From: Candidatus Bathyarchaeia archaeon
Lineage (GTDB): Archaea > Thermoproteota > Bathyarchaeia > 40CM-2-53-6
DNA: 64,000 nucleotides
Direction of reading: 5' to 3'
NCBI GenBank assembly: GCA_050013255.1
Contig: JBEKFP010000001.1
Span: 768,001-832,000 of the forward strand
The notes beneath the pieces are model-generated. The model saw nothing but the letters and a program-made list of their open reading frames with translations. It was not told the DNA's origin and did not search any database. A program made the translations under genes and the position numbers. Positions within the stretch are counted from its first letter, which is position 1; each line of letters begins with the position of its first letter. Positions 1 through 8,476 of the stretch are shown one piece after another.

Positions 1-223
1 CACTCCTTAATTCTTGAATCTGTAAAGAGTGTTTCTAGTAAGATGAAAAGTTTGTTTTGCATAACCTGAGTTTCAGAATAAAATCCCGCTTGAGCAGAGT
101 GCACCTTGAAGCGGAGAACCTGGAACGACAGCTAGCAAAACTGACCGCGCCTTTGGCATACTGGAACAGATGATGGCCAGGCCGGGGAAGACCAAGGTTC
201 ACCCTTAGAGACGCTTCATTTCA

Positions 224-1180
224 GTGGCATGTGCTTCAGGTTTATCTGCCCAGACGTTTTCTTCTATGGTCTGCATGGGGTTGGGTGGCGGAAAGTTGGA
301 TCAAGCGGCGTTTACTGAGATTGCTTTTGAGAGCGCGAAAGACGAGTATACAGATTTTGCTGTGTACAAGAGGTTGTCGGAACTTAGGTTCAAGACCCGT
401 GAATTTAGCAGAACACTTCGCCGACTTGCCGGTATGGAATACCGCCATTACATTCTCTGGAAAAAGTATTGCCCGGGAAGAAAGCCCACAATTAACAAGC
501 TCACTGTTTACATGATCGTTTTCCTCAGATTCATCTTAGGCGTAACCTTCGCAGTAAGGTACCTCGAACGGAATGAGAAGAATACTATCAAGAAGTACCG
601 TGATCTAGCGTACATGATTCCGTCGAAGGATAAGAAGCAATACAACGAAATGATCGCGGACGAAGAAGAACATGAGATGAAGCTCTCAGATTTCAATGAA
701 CCCCAGATCAAATATATTTCCTTCATAGTGCTAGGCTTGGCGGACGCGCTGGTTGAAATCGCGGGCATCCACGCTGGCTCGCTGGGGATTTACAATTCAA
801 CAGAGCTGGCAGGGTTGGCCGGGATAATTGCTGGAGCAGCTGCGTCGGTAGCCATGGCGTCGGCCGCGTACGCGCAGGCAAAGACAGGTTTCAAGGGATC
901 CGCGGCGCTTTCAGCCGTCTACACTGGAGTGTCTTACTTCGTTACAGCGGTGATCTTGGCGACGCCGTACTTCCTGACGAAGGTTATGTTTGACGCGTTA
1001 GGTGCCTCGCTGTTCTTTGCTGTGCTGCTAATAGCTTTCATAAGCTTCTACGGCGCCGTCATTTCCGGAGCTGCATTCAAGAAGGACTTCATAGAGATCA
1101 CAAGCATAATGTTTGGTGCGACGATTGCCCTATACTTGCTTGGGACAGCAATCAAGTACTTGACTAGGATAACTATCTAG
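224..1180 (+). CDS. VIT1/CCC1 family Fe/Mn transporter with N-terminal ferritin/rubrerythrin-like domain (true start probably at about 275-281)
   Basis: ExxH motifs (MEYRHY, DEEEHE), then VIT1-type 'FIVLGLADALVEIAG' and about 5 TM helices. Confidence 0.85.
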   Translation: MACASGLSAQTFSSMVCMGLGGGKLDQAAFTEIAFESAKDEYTDFAVYKRLSELRFKTREFSRTLRRLAGMEYRHYILWKKYCPGRKPTINKLTVYMIVFLRFILGVTFAVRYLERNEKNTIKKYRDLAYMIPSKDKKQYNEMIADEEEHEMKLSDFNEPQIKYISFIVLGLADALVEIAGIHAGSLGIYNSTELAGLAGIIAGAAASVAMASAAYAQAKTGFKGSAALSAVYTGVSYFVTAVILATPYFLTKVMFDALGASLFFAVLLIAFISFYGAVISGAAFKKDFIEITSIMFGATIALYLLGTAIKYLTRITI

Positions 1181-1247
1181 AGAATCCTCCCCCTGCGAAC
1201 TGGAGAACGTAATAGTCGGCGACAAGAAGCTCGTTTCTGGTGAGACT

Positions 1248-1646
1248 GTGTTATCAGCCCCGGAAGTTGAGTACCTGAAGAATCAACGCCTCGCGAGGAT
1301 TGCGACTGCGTCCCCACAAGGCGAACCTGAAGTTTCCCCAGTGGCCTTCGAGTATGATGGCAAATATTTCTACGTCGGAAGCCACGACCAGTCAATCTTC
1401 TTCAAGACTCGAAGGTACAAGAACATCAAGAACGGAAATGCGCGAGTTTCTCTTGTAATAGATGACCTGCAGTCGGTTGACCCCTGGAGGCCGCGTGGGA
1501 TCAAAGTCCGCGGAACAGCCGAGGTTGTAGAACATGAAGGAATGTTCGGAAAAGGAAGTTACCTACGTATCAGTCCGCAAGTTACGATAAGTTGGGGAAT
1601 TGAACCGGCAAAAGAGGGACAATGGTACTCTAAGAAGCAGCACTAA
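1248..1646 (+). CDS. PPOX-class (pyridoxamine 5'-phosphate oxidase-like) F420/FMN-dependent oxidoreductase
   Basis: 'LARIATASPQGEPEVSPV', 'NARVSLVIDD...WRPRGIKVRGTAE' split-barrel motifs. Confidence 0.85.
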   Translation: MLSAPEVEYLKNQRLARIATASPQGEPEVSPVAFEYDGKYFYVGSHDQSIFFKTRRYKNIKNGNARVSLVIDDLQSVDPWRPRGIKVRGTAEVVEHEGMFGKGSYLRISPQVTISWGIEPAKEGQWYSKKQH

Positions 1647-1657
1647 TCCCTGCGCAG

Positions 1658-2089
1658 TCATTTGTGCTTTTTCGCGAGTAAGTTATCAATACTTAGCGCG
1701 GGGCTGCCCGTGAAGAGCAGCACTAATCCTCCGGCGAAAAGGGCGTAGTCATGGGCTAATCCAATGTTCCCTGTGAGCACGCCAGTGGTGCCTGTTATGG
1801 CAAACTCAACGACTGGCCAGATGGCTGCAAGCCTTGTCGCCAAACCCAAGATGAGGGCGATCGCCCCTAGAGTCTCGAAGAGCGTGAATAGGTAAGTCAT
1901 TGGCACTACGGAGCCTGATCCAAACAATGTCCGAACGAGGCCGTTTGATACTGGATGGCCTGCGGCTAGCGCAATCCAACGTGGAGTATCGCTGATTAGC
2001 CAGAACGAGGCAATAACCAACCGAATGACAACATAGACGTATTTGACAGAGCCCCAAGGCTCAGAAAACAAGAACGAACCAAACTTCAA
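1658..2089 (-). CDS. DoxX family membrane protein
   Basis: 'ETLGAIALILGLATRLAA' and 'GSPALSID' DoxX signatures; 4 TM. Confidence 0.8.
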   Translation of the reverse strand: MKFGSFLFSEPWGSVKYVYVVIRLVIASFWLISDTPRWIALAAGHPVSNGLVRTLFGSGSVVPMTYLFTLFETLGAIALILGLATRLAAIWPVVEFAITGTTGVLTGNIGLAHDYALFAGGLVLLFTGSPALSIDNLLAKKHK

Positions 2090-2367
2090 GAAACCATCAC
2101 TTCATCCTCCTTGCTCCTCACGAATTTAAGCCTATCAAGAAATTCCCAGAAGAACCCGAGTTGAAATGAATCGGAGAAGGACAGCGGAGATTTGCCGTGG
2201 TGTTGCGGGTTTGCTGGGCGTGCAGATTTAGTTGGGCGAAATTAATGCATAGAGCTTTTCTATTCTGCGGTGCGGCGTAGGGTTCTCATTTTCTACGCCG
2301 CTCTACGTTCTGCCGCCGTGCTGTGGTCTTCACGCATTTCAAGTTCTATATTTTATAATTCTTCGGC

Positions 2368-2433
2368 GTGTCGTCGTCGTTCCCATTAGCGTTCCTACCG
2401 TCGTTCGTATTAGCGTTCGTCGTTCCTACCGTC
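2368..2433. repeat. Short imperfect tandem repeat built from GTCGTTC / ATTAGCGTTC / CTACC units
   Basis: gtcgttcccattagcgttcctacc-gtcgttcgtattagcgttc-gtcgttcctacc seen directly. Confidence 0.7.
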
Positions 2434-2462
2434 ACAAAGTTAATCTAGTAATGAGCGGCGGG

Positions 2463-2490
2463 GGCGGCGCACCACCATACCCACACTCAC
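2463..2490 (+). repeat. 28-bp att-like site, copy 1
   Basis: ggcggcgcacc-accata-cccacactcac; matches the family consensus. Confidence 0.6.
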
Positions 2491-2521
2491 AGGAAAACGG
2501 AGAACTACTATGGTCGCATCA

Positions 2522-3313
2522 CTATCTACTCGGTACGATAGTCTCGTTCAACCAAGTGATGATTTCGTCGCTAGGTAGGTCCGGCCTGTACTGATTACTC
2601 GGCATATAGCGATGGTCAAGAGCGTCACCTATTCGGACCATCAGCTTATGGTTAGGAAGATGTTCTCTCCAAGTTCGAGCCTGTTGGACATTCACCTCTT
2701 CATCCTTTCCCCCGTGGAGAATAAGCAGTGGAAGATTGGGATAAGGAAGGAACACCTTCCAATTGTCTTCCAATGCTAACTCCTCAAGAAGCCGCCCCAC
2801 AGGACGGTCCATTCCAAGCATATCCGATGGATCTCTACTCATCAACATCTGTTTCATCTGCGAAGAGGCTGGTCCCCCCTGAGCTGCAATGACATCCCCA
2901 ATGTTCGTCGCAATCCCGCCTAGAAGAATCACCCCCGACATCTGACTCAACGGCAAAGCTCTAACATAGAGCGTTCCCTCACTCCAAGCGAAAACAATCC
3001 GTTTGCCATTAGGGAGATTCGTCCAAATCTGTTGTAACTGTTGACAGAGACGCATGTAGCTCGTTCTCCTGTAATCATTGAAGTTAATGCGAGTGTCACT
3101 TACACCTGGCTTTGAATATCGAGCTACAGTCCAACCTTTGGCGCACAGTCGAATCGAAAGATCTCTGAAGAAAGGTTCGCTCGCATAACGAACATCGCGT
3201 GAGGCGCCGGGAATCACGCCGTCCACATTGAAGGGAGCGCTGCCATGAATGAGAAGTATCGTTCCTAGAGAATAGTCTAAAGAAGAACGTTCGATGATCA
3301 TTTCGTTTGACAT
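2522..3313 (-). CDS. Alpha/beta hydrolase (serine hydrolase)
   Basis: 'LLIHGS', nucleophile elbow A-W-S-E-G, 'LILHGGKDEEV' Asp, 'LDH' His. Confidence 0.8.
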   Translation of the reverse strand: MSNEMIIERSSLDYSLGTILLIHGSAPFNVDGVIPGASRDVRYASEPFFRDLSIRLCAKGWTVARYSKPGVSDTRINFNDYRRTSYMRLCQQLQQIWTNLPNGKRIVFAWSEGTLYVRALPLSQMSGVILLGGIATNIGDVIAAQGGPASSQMKQMLMSRDPSDMLGMDRPVGRLLEELALEDNWKVFLPYPNLPLLILHGGKDEEVNVQQARTWREHLPNHKLMVRIGDALDHRYMPSNQYRPDLPSDEIITWLNETIVPSR

Positions 3314-3400
3314 TGACTAGCCTGCCGGGTTTTCAACTAGTTATCGTTTATGGAAGACTCGTAGAATCAGCTGGAGTGGCGTGACTAGTCGTTCGTTCTG

Positions 3401-3428
3401 GTGTGTGTGGGTCTAATGGTGCGCGCAC
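3401..3428 (-). repeat. 28-bp att-like site, copy 2
   Basis: revcomp gtgcgcgcacc-attaga-cccacacacac. Confidence 0.7.
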
Positions 3429-3846
3429 ACACACGAAAATTGGGCGGTTCAAATTCCTCCACCAACCTCTCAAGCGTAGTAATTCAGGTTGCTAATATCG
3501 CCCGATTCAGGGATTAATTGTCGAGCAATCATGCGTTGGACACCTCCAGTTTTTCATCTAGAGAGGATGAGAACTAACGTACGAAATGACTAGTTCTTCG
3601 AAATCCGTAAGAAAGCGCTATCCTACGAAGTTCGCCTTCTAATCGGATCATAACTCTAATGAAGGCCAACTTTGGATCTTGGGGGCCTCCCCCCTAATGC
3701 ACCAGAGAGAAGAGGGCGTAGGACTCGTTTCTCAGATTCTAGTGGGCCCCGTCACGAAGGCTGATGATTATCTGAAAGTATCCAGTGAAAATGCGTCCTT
3801 GTTTACCATTCTATCTATATCCCCCGCACTATTAGCCCCCCAAGAA

Positions 3847-4098
3847 ATGGGGCAATCAAAAGGGTTATTGACGACAGTTGCACATCTATTTTCGATGAAA
3901 TTGAAGTTAGACGCCGAAATTAAGTCAATTAATCTCACTTTTGCGCAGCTATTATCGCTCTTGTTTGTAGTTGTATACATAGGCGTCATATTAGGTGGTC
4001 TGGCTACTGGGAATCTCAAATATGACCAGGTCTCAGGGAGCTTGGGTGGAATCGTAACGGGAATACTCGCTGGTCTCGGTCTCTCCAAATCGCCATAG
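3847..4098 (+). CDS. Small 2-TM membrane protein (83 aa; ORF track extends to 3679)
   Basis: Two hydrophobic helices, one with GxxxG repeats; ATG at 3847 preferred. Confidence 0.55.
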   Translation: MGQSKGLLTTVAHLFSMKLKLDAEIKSINLTFAQLLSLLFVVVYIGVILGGLATGNLKYDQVSGSLGGIVTGILAGLGLSKSP

Positions 4099-4121
4099 AA
4101 GTTGCCGCAATAGTTTCGTAC

Positions 4122-4149
4122 GTGTGCGCACCATTACACCACACACACG
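4122..4149 (+). repeat. 28-bp att-like site, copy 3
   Basis: gtgtgcgcacc-attaca-ccacacacacg. Confidence 0.7.
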
Positions 4150-4231
4150 AAGACGGTCGTTTCTTTGATCTCACAAGTATTCGCGAAGGTATTGTGGGCA
4201 CATCTCGTAAGGAAGGCATCGATTAGCGCTG

Positions 4232-5710
4232 TCAGCTTTCAGGTTCTTCTTCGATGTTCCATGCCTTTTCGATTCCCCTGATTCTGTAGATGAGCAACTT
4301 GATGCGTTGCAACACGTATGCCATGAATGTCTCTTCTTGGTGGTAGGCTCTTTCGAGGATTGCTTCCTCCGATAGGAACGCTTCCTTCATTTCATGCAAC
4401 TCTTTCTTCGGGGAGAAGAATGTATACACTGGAACGCCGACAGCAAGGAGTGCGAGTGAGATCAAGATCTGCTGCCTCGACACTTGTGTCATCAGTACAG
4501 TTGAGAAAATAATGGTCAGCGCTGGAATGAGTATTGTCCACAACCCCTTTGGTGAGGATCTTAGATGTCTTCTCTCCAGAATGAGAGCCGAGATGCCGGT
4601 TGCGAGGTATGCTAGTGACAAAAGGAAGACAGAGCTGTTCACCAATGCAGATAGCGTGTTGACGAGGCTCGCGATGAAGGCTGTTGAACAAAGTACAGCT
4701 AACCCAATGTAAGGCGTGTGGTATGATTTGTGCAATCTGCTGAAGGCTCGAGGAAGATACCCGTCAATTGACATGGCGAAAGTCAATCGTGACGTCCCCA
4801 TCGTCCCTGACTCATCAGCGCCCATAATCGATATCAGGGCACCAACACCTACTACAAGGCTCCCAATCCATGCCAAAACGGGCGAGAAACTGAGGATATT
4901 CGCAGCTGCAACAACCAATGGTGCTTGTGATGAAGCTAAAGTATGTTGATCAACGACACCAATTACTACAAAGTTAGTAGCCATGTAGATCAAGGCCGCA
5001 ATGAGCATCCCAACCGTCAGTGCCCGCGGAATTGTCTTCTTTGGATCTTGAATTTCATTCGCCGGAAGAGTGGACAACTCAAAACCTGCATACGCCCAGA
5101 AGACTATCACCAACACTTGGCCGACATTTTGTAAATTTCCGTCAGGAAAAGCTTGGAAACGAGAGGATATCATTTGCGGTTGTATCGCGAGAAAGACACC
5201 TCCCAAACACATGAGTAGAAGCAGAGGTGTCACTTTCGCGATGGTCAAGGAGTCATTGAACTTACTCGCCTCCCTCACGCCAACGACATTAGTTACGAAA
5301 ATGATCAGCATGAATGCGCCTTTGAGTAGGATTTGGGTTACTGAGTCTAGGTTCGGAACGAACGCAAGGAAGTACTGAATAAAAGCTACTGGGAAGACGG
5401 CTAGAGAGAACCATTCAGCGAGCACGAGAGCCCACCCCACCATAAACCCGCTAAATTGTCCAGCCGCTTCTTTCGCGTACACATATGGTCCTCCAACTCT
5501 CGGGAAAATAGCGGCACAATATCCGAACGATAGTGCGACAACAGTCGCCATCACACCACCAATTAACCAGATTAGAATAGAGGTGGGCCCTAGGAGCTTC
5601 GCACAGAGAGCCGCGGCCACATAGATGTCGGCACCTATAGTTGCGCCAACAACAAGGTTTGTAGTATCAAAGGCATTCAATTGCCTTCTGAGAGTCACTC
5701 TTGTCTTCAA
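4232..5710 (-). CDS. APC family amino acid permease
   Basis: 'VVGATIGADIY', 'GGPYVYA', 'FWAYAGFE'; about 12 TM. Confidence 0.9.
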   Translation of the reverse strand: MKTRVTLRRQLNAFDTTNLVVGATIGADIYVAAALCAKLLGPTSILIWLIGGVMATVVALSFGYCAAIFPRVGGPYVYAKEAAGQFSGFMVGWALVLAEWFSLAVFPVAFIQYFLAFVPNLDSVTQILLKGAFMLIIFVTNVVGVREASKFNDSLTIAKVTPLLLLMCLGGVFLAIQPQMISSRFQAFPDGNLQNVGQVLVIVFWAYAGFELSTLPANEIQDPKKTIPRALTVGMLIAALIYMATNFVVIGVVDQHTLASSQAPLVVAAANILSFSPVLAWIGSLVVGVGALISIMGADESGTMGTSRLTFAMSIDGYLPRAFSRLHKSYHTPYIGLAVLCSTAFIASLVNTLSALVNSSVFLLSLAYLATGISALILERRHLRSSPKGLWTILIPALTIIFSTVLMTQVSRQQILISLALLAVGVPVYTFFSPKKELHEMKEAFLSEEAILERAYHQEETFMAYVLQRIKLLIYRIRGIEKAWNIEEEPES

Positions 5711-5787
5711 ACCTGTCCCCTGTATTCGTCGTGTACGACTAGTTAGATACTAAAGTGTTGGAGAGTTTCTATCAATTGTACCCTTGT

Positions 5788-5815
5788 GTTTGGGCATCAT
5801 TAGTCCACACACTGA
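5788..5815 (+). repeat. 28-bp att-like site, degenerate copy 4
   Basis: gtttgggcatc-attagt-ccacacactga; 20/28 identical to copy 3; intergenic. Confidence 0.4.
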
Positions 5816-5987
5816 CCCAAGTCAGTCTGAAGTATACTCTTGCCGCAACGATTCTATCATTATTAAGAAAGAGCGTCATGATTCTCTTAGCCTCGTTCAT
5901 CGTGTCGTCAGCCAGCTTGTTTGATGACGCCCGCGGCGCGCAACATATTTTAGCCATTGATGAGGATACACGTTCAGAGGCAAGCTC

Positions 5988-7328
5988 TTGGAAAAACGTT
6001 TGAGTATTGAAGATCTAAGACGTTTCTCAAGGTCCTTCAACAAGGACCGAAAGAACATACTTGCCTTGAATGCCGTCACAGAAAATGGCATAGCGGCAGT
6101 TGCCTTAAGCAGAAAGGAGGTGGACAAACAAAATTTCACCTTTAGCGATCTTATCGACTCTCCAGATGCCACTAATCAAGAAAGATCAGGAAGATGCTGG
6201 TTATTTTCTGGACTAAGTACACTGGCTCTTGAAGCGATGAAAAAGTTAGATCTAAGGACATTTGAGCTTTCCGAAATATACCAGATGTTTTGGGACAAAC
6301 TAGAGAAAGCCAACTATTTCCTTGAAAACATAATTGAAACAAAGGAAGAGCCCTTGAATGGCAGGCTGGTCAGTTCGCTTCTTTCAGATCCAATATCAGA
6401 TGGCGGTCAATGGAATATGTTTTCGAATCTCATAAAGAAGTACGGAGTTGTACCAAAAACATTCATGCCAGAAACAGAGAACAGCAACAATTCTGATCCC
6501 ATGAATGCTCTATTTGTGACGAAACTAAGAGAATATGCTAAGATACTCCGAGAGATGAACGAGGCTGGGGCTTCTACGACAGAGCTAAGAGAGAAAAAAG
6601 GTGAATTAATGGAAGAATTCTACAAGTTGCTGTGCATCAACCTTGGCGTTCCTCCAGAGACATTTTACTGGGAGTGGCGGGATAAGAACGGCATTTTCCA
6701 TAGAAGGGGGAATATTACCCCAGTTGAGTTCTATAATGAATATGTCGGACTAGATCTTGATGATTTGGTGAGTCTTATCAACGCCCCAACAAAAGACAAA
6801 CCCTTCAATAAATTGTACACTGTCAAGTATCTCGGCAACGTGGTCGGTGGGCAAGATACTCGTTACCTCAATGTCGACTTGAAGACGTTGAAGAAAGCAA
6901 CTGTAGACATGATCAAAGGTAATCATGCCGTATGGTTCGGATGTGACGTAGCTAAGATGCTGCAGACGCAGATGGGCGCAATGGATCTAAGCATCTATGA
7001 CTACGAATTAGTCTATGGTGCAAAGTTCCAACTCAATAAGGCTGCAAGATTAGATTATGGAGATAGTGAGATGACTCACGCCATGGTGATTACGGGCGTT
7101 GACCTCGATGAGCAGGGCAACCCCAAGAAATGGCGAGTTGAAAACAGCTGGGGAGCCTCCATAGGGGATCAAGGATACATGTACATGATGGATGAATGGT
7201 TCGACGAATACCTCTACGAGGTTGTTGTAAGGAAAGAGTATCTGCCTCCAGAACTCCTGAGAATCCTTGACACTGAGCCGGTAGTTGTGCCTTTCTGGGA
7301 CCCGATGGGTACCTTGGCAAGGAATTAA
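5988..7328 (+). CDS. pepC: Aminopeptidase C / bleomycin hydrolase (peptidase C1B)
   Basis: 'NQERSGRCWLF' (Cys), 'MTHAMVITG' (His), 'WRVENSWG' (Asn). Confidence 0.93.
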   Translation: MEKRLSIEDLRRFSRSFNKDRKNILALNAVTENGIAAVALSRKEVDKQNFTFSDLIDSPDATNQERSGRCWLFSGLSTLALEAMKKLDLRTFELSEIYQMFWDKLEKANYFLENIIETKEEPLNGRLVSSLLSDPISDGGQWNMFSNLIKKYGVVPKTFMPETENSNNSDPMNALFVTKLREYAKILREMNEAGASTTELREKKGELMEEFYKLLCINLGVPPETFYWEWRDKNGIFHRRGNITPVEFYNEYVGLDLDDLVSLINAPTKDKPFNKLYTVKYLGNVVGGQDTRYLNVDLKTLKKATVDMIKGNHAVWFGCDVAKMLQTQMGAMDLSIYDYELVYGAKFQLNKAARLDYGDSEMTHAMVITGVDLDEQGNPKKWRVENSWGASIGDQGYMYMMDEWFDEYLYEVVVRKEYLPPELLRILDTEPVVVPFWDPMGTLARN

Positions 7329-7483
7329 TGTCAAATTTGGCCTCCATTCTCTTACGATAGGAAATGGAAATCACACACACATTGAACGCAGTCTTCTCAG
7401 TCGCGCCTACTTTTCCAAGCAGAATCTTTAACCCATCGAGAGCATGAAAGCCAGAAACTGCGGATAGACAGACGTGAATAGCG

Positions 7484-7957
7484 GTGGGAACAAAGCCAAA
7501 GATTGGTGACACGGCTCCTGATTTCGTAGGCCAAACATCTAACGGCATTCGGATTCGTCTCAAGGACTATCTTGGAAAGAAAAATGTGGTACTATACTTC
7601 TACCCTAAGGACGATACCAAAGGATGCACAATCGAAGCCTGCGCCTTCAGAGACAAACTCCAACCGATAGGAGCTCTCTGGACAGAAGTAGTTGGCGTTA
7701 GTGTGGACACCGTCGAATCTCACAAGAAATTTGCCGAGAAAAATGGCCTGAATTTCACACTGGTCAGCGATCAGGATAAGCAGATCTCGAAGACCTACGG
7801 AGTTCTAAGTGATGATGGCTCGAAAGCAGACAGGGTTACATTCATAATTGACAAAGAAGGCAAGATTGCTAAGATCTTTACCAACGTCGATGTCACAAGA
7901 CATTCGAATGAAATCGTCGATACACTCAAGCAACTCTTTAAGAAGACGAGCTCCTGA
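7484..7957 (+). CDS. bcp: Peroxiredoxin, BCP/PrxQ type
   Basis: 'YFYPKDDTKGCTIEACAFRD' with CxxxxC. Confidence 0.93.
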   Translation: MGTKPKIGDTAPDFVGQTSNGIRIRLKDYLGKKNVVLYFYPKDDTKGCTIEACAFRDKLQPIGALWTEVVGVSVDTVESHKKFAEKNGLNFTLVSDQDKQISKTYGVLSDDGSKADRVTFIIDKEGKIAKIFTNVDVTRHSNEIVDTLKQLFKKTSS

Positions 7958-8476
7958 GAGCTCTTAGACCTTAGGAGTTGACGACGAGTCAAAATCCGGC
8001 CTTGTCATCCTTCATCCAGAAAGCGGCGTTGCTCTTGGACGACGGGTCTACTAGCCATGCAGTTCATGGCTTGAGCAAGTCGGCTCAGCCGACGGCATGG
8101 ATTAAGAGCTGACAAAGATTCATTAGGTTGCGTTCGAAAGTTATGGATGCGGCTTACGCCGTGTGGTTCGCATGCATCAAGAATCACCGTTTAAGGGTAT
8201 GAACTCGGCCAGCGTCGGCCGGTAAACTCCCCTATTTTTGGGCGTTCCTCTGATCATCGACTTGCGACTAAAAAGACGGCTTTCACAGATTTTCGTAGTT
8301 GCAAGCCTGGGTCATGACTATTGGCACATTGGGTGATTGTTATGTGCCGAGGATTATGTGCCGTATGACCAGTATGACAGAGAGTGTGACGACGCGAACA
8401 GGAAGCCGATCAATAGCATTACGAACAGTGCTTTTTGACCGCCGATATTCCACCGTTGCATGCTAACCCACTGTGC

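Larger units (their letters stand above)
3394..4155. mobile_element. Putative non-autonomous element/cassette with about 50-bp imperfect inverted ends and a 6-bp flanking direct repeat, carrying one small membrane gene
   Basis: Left end cgttctggtgtgtgtgggtctaatggtgcgcgcac..acgaaa; right end (revcomp) cgtcttcgtgtgtgtggtgtaatggtgcgcacac..acgaaa; GTCGTT at 3388-3393 and 4156-4161. Confidence 0.45.

Noticed and set aside
100-220. Long-range pairing (tgaagcg/cgcttca, gaacctgg/ccaaggttc) upstream of the VIT1 gene, considered as a yybP-ykoY Mn riboswitch
   Set aside because: Lacks the conserved GGGAGUAG segment; resemblance limited to 'aagacc'
2368-2433. Repeat considered as a mini-CRISPR array
   Set aside because: Units are too short and have no unique spacers; no cas genes in the window
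7365-7385. tcacacacac considered as another copy of the 28-bp site
   Set aside because: Only the (CA)n part matches; left arm and spacer do not
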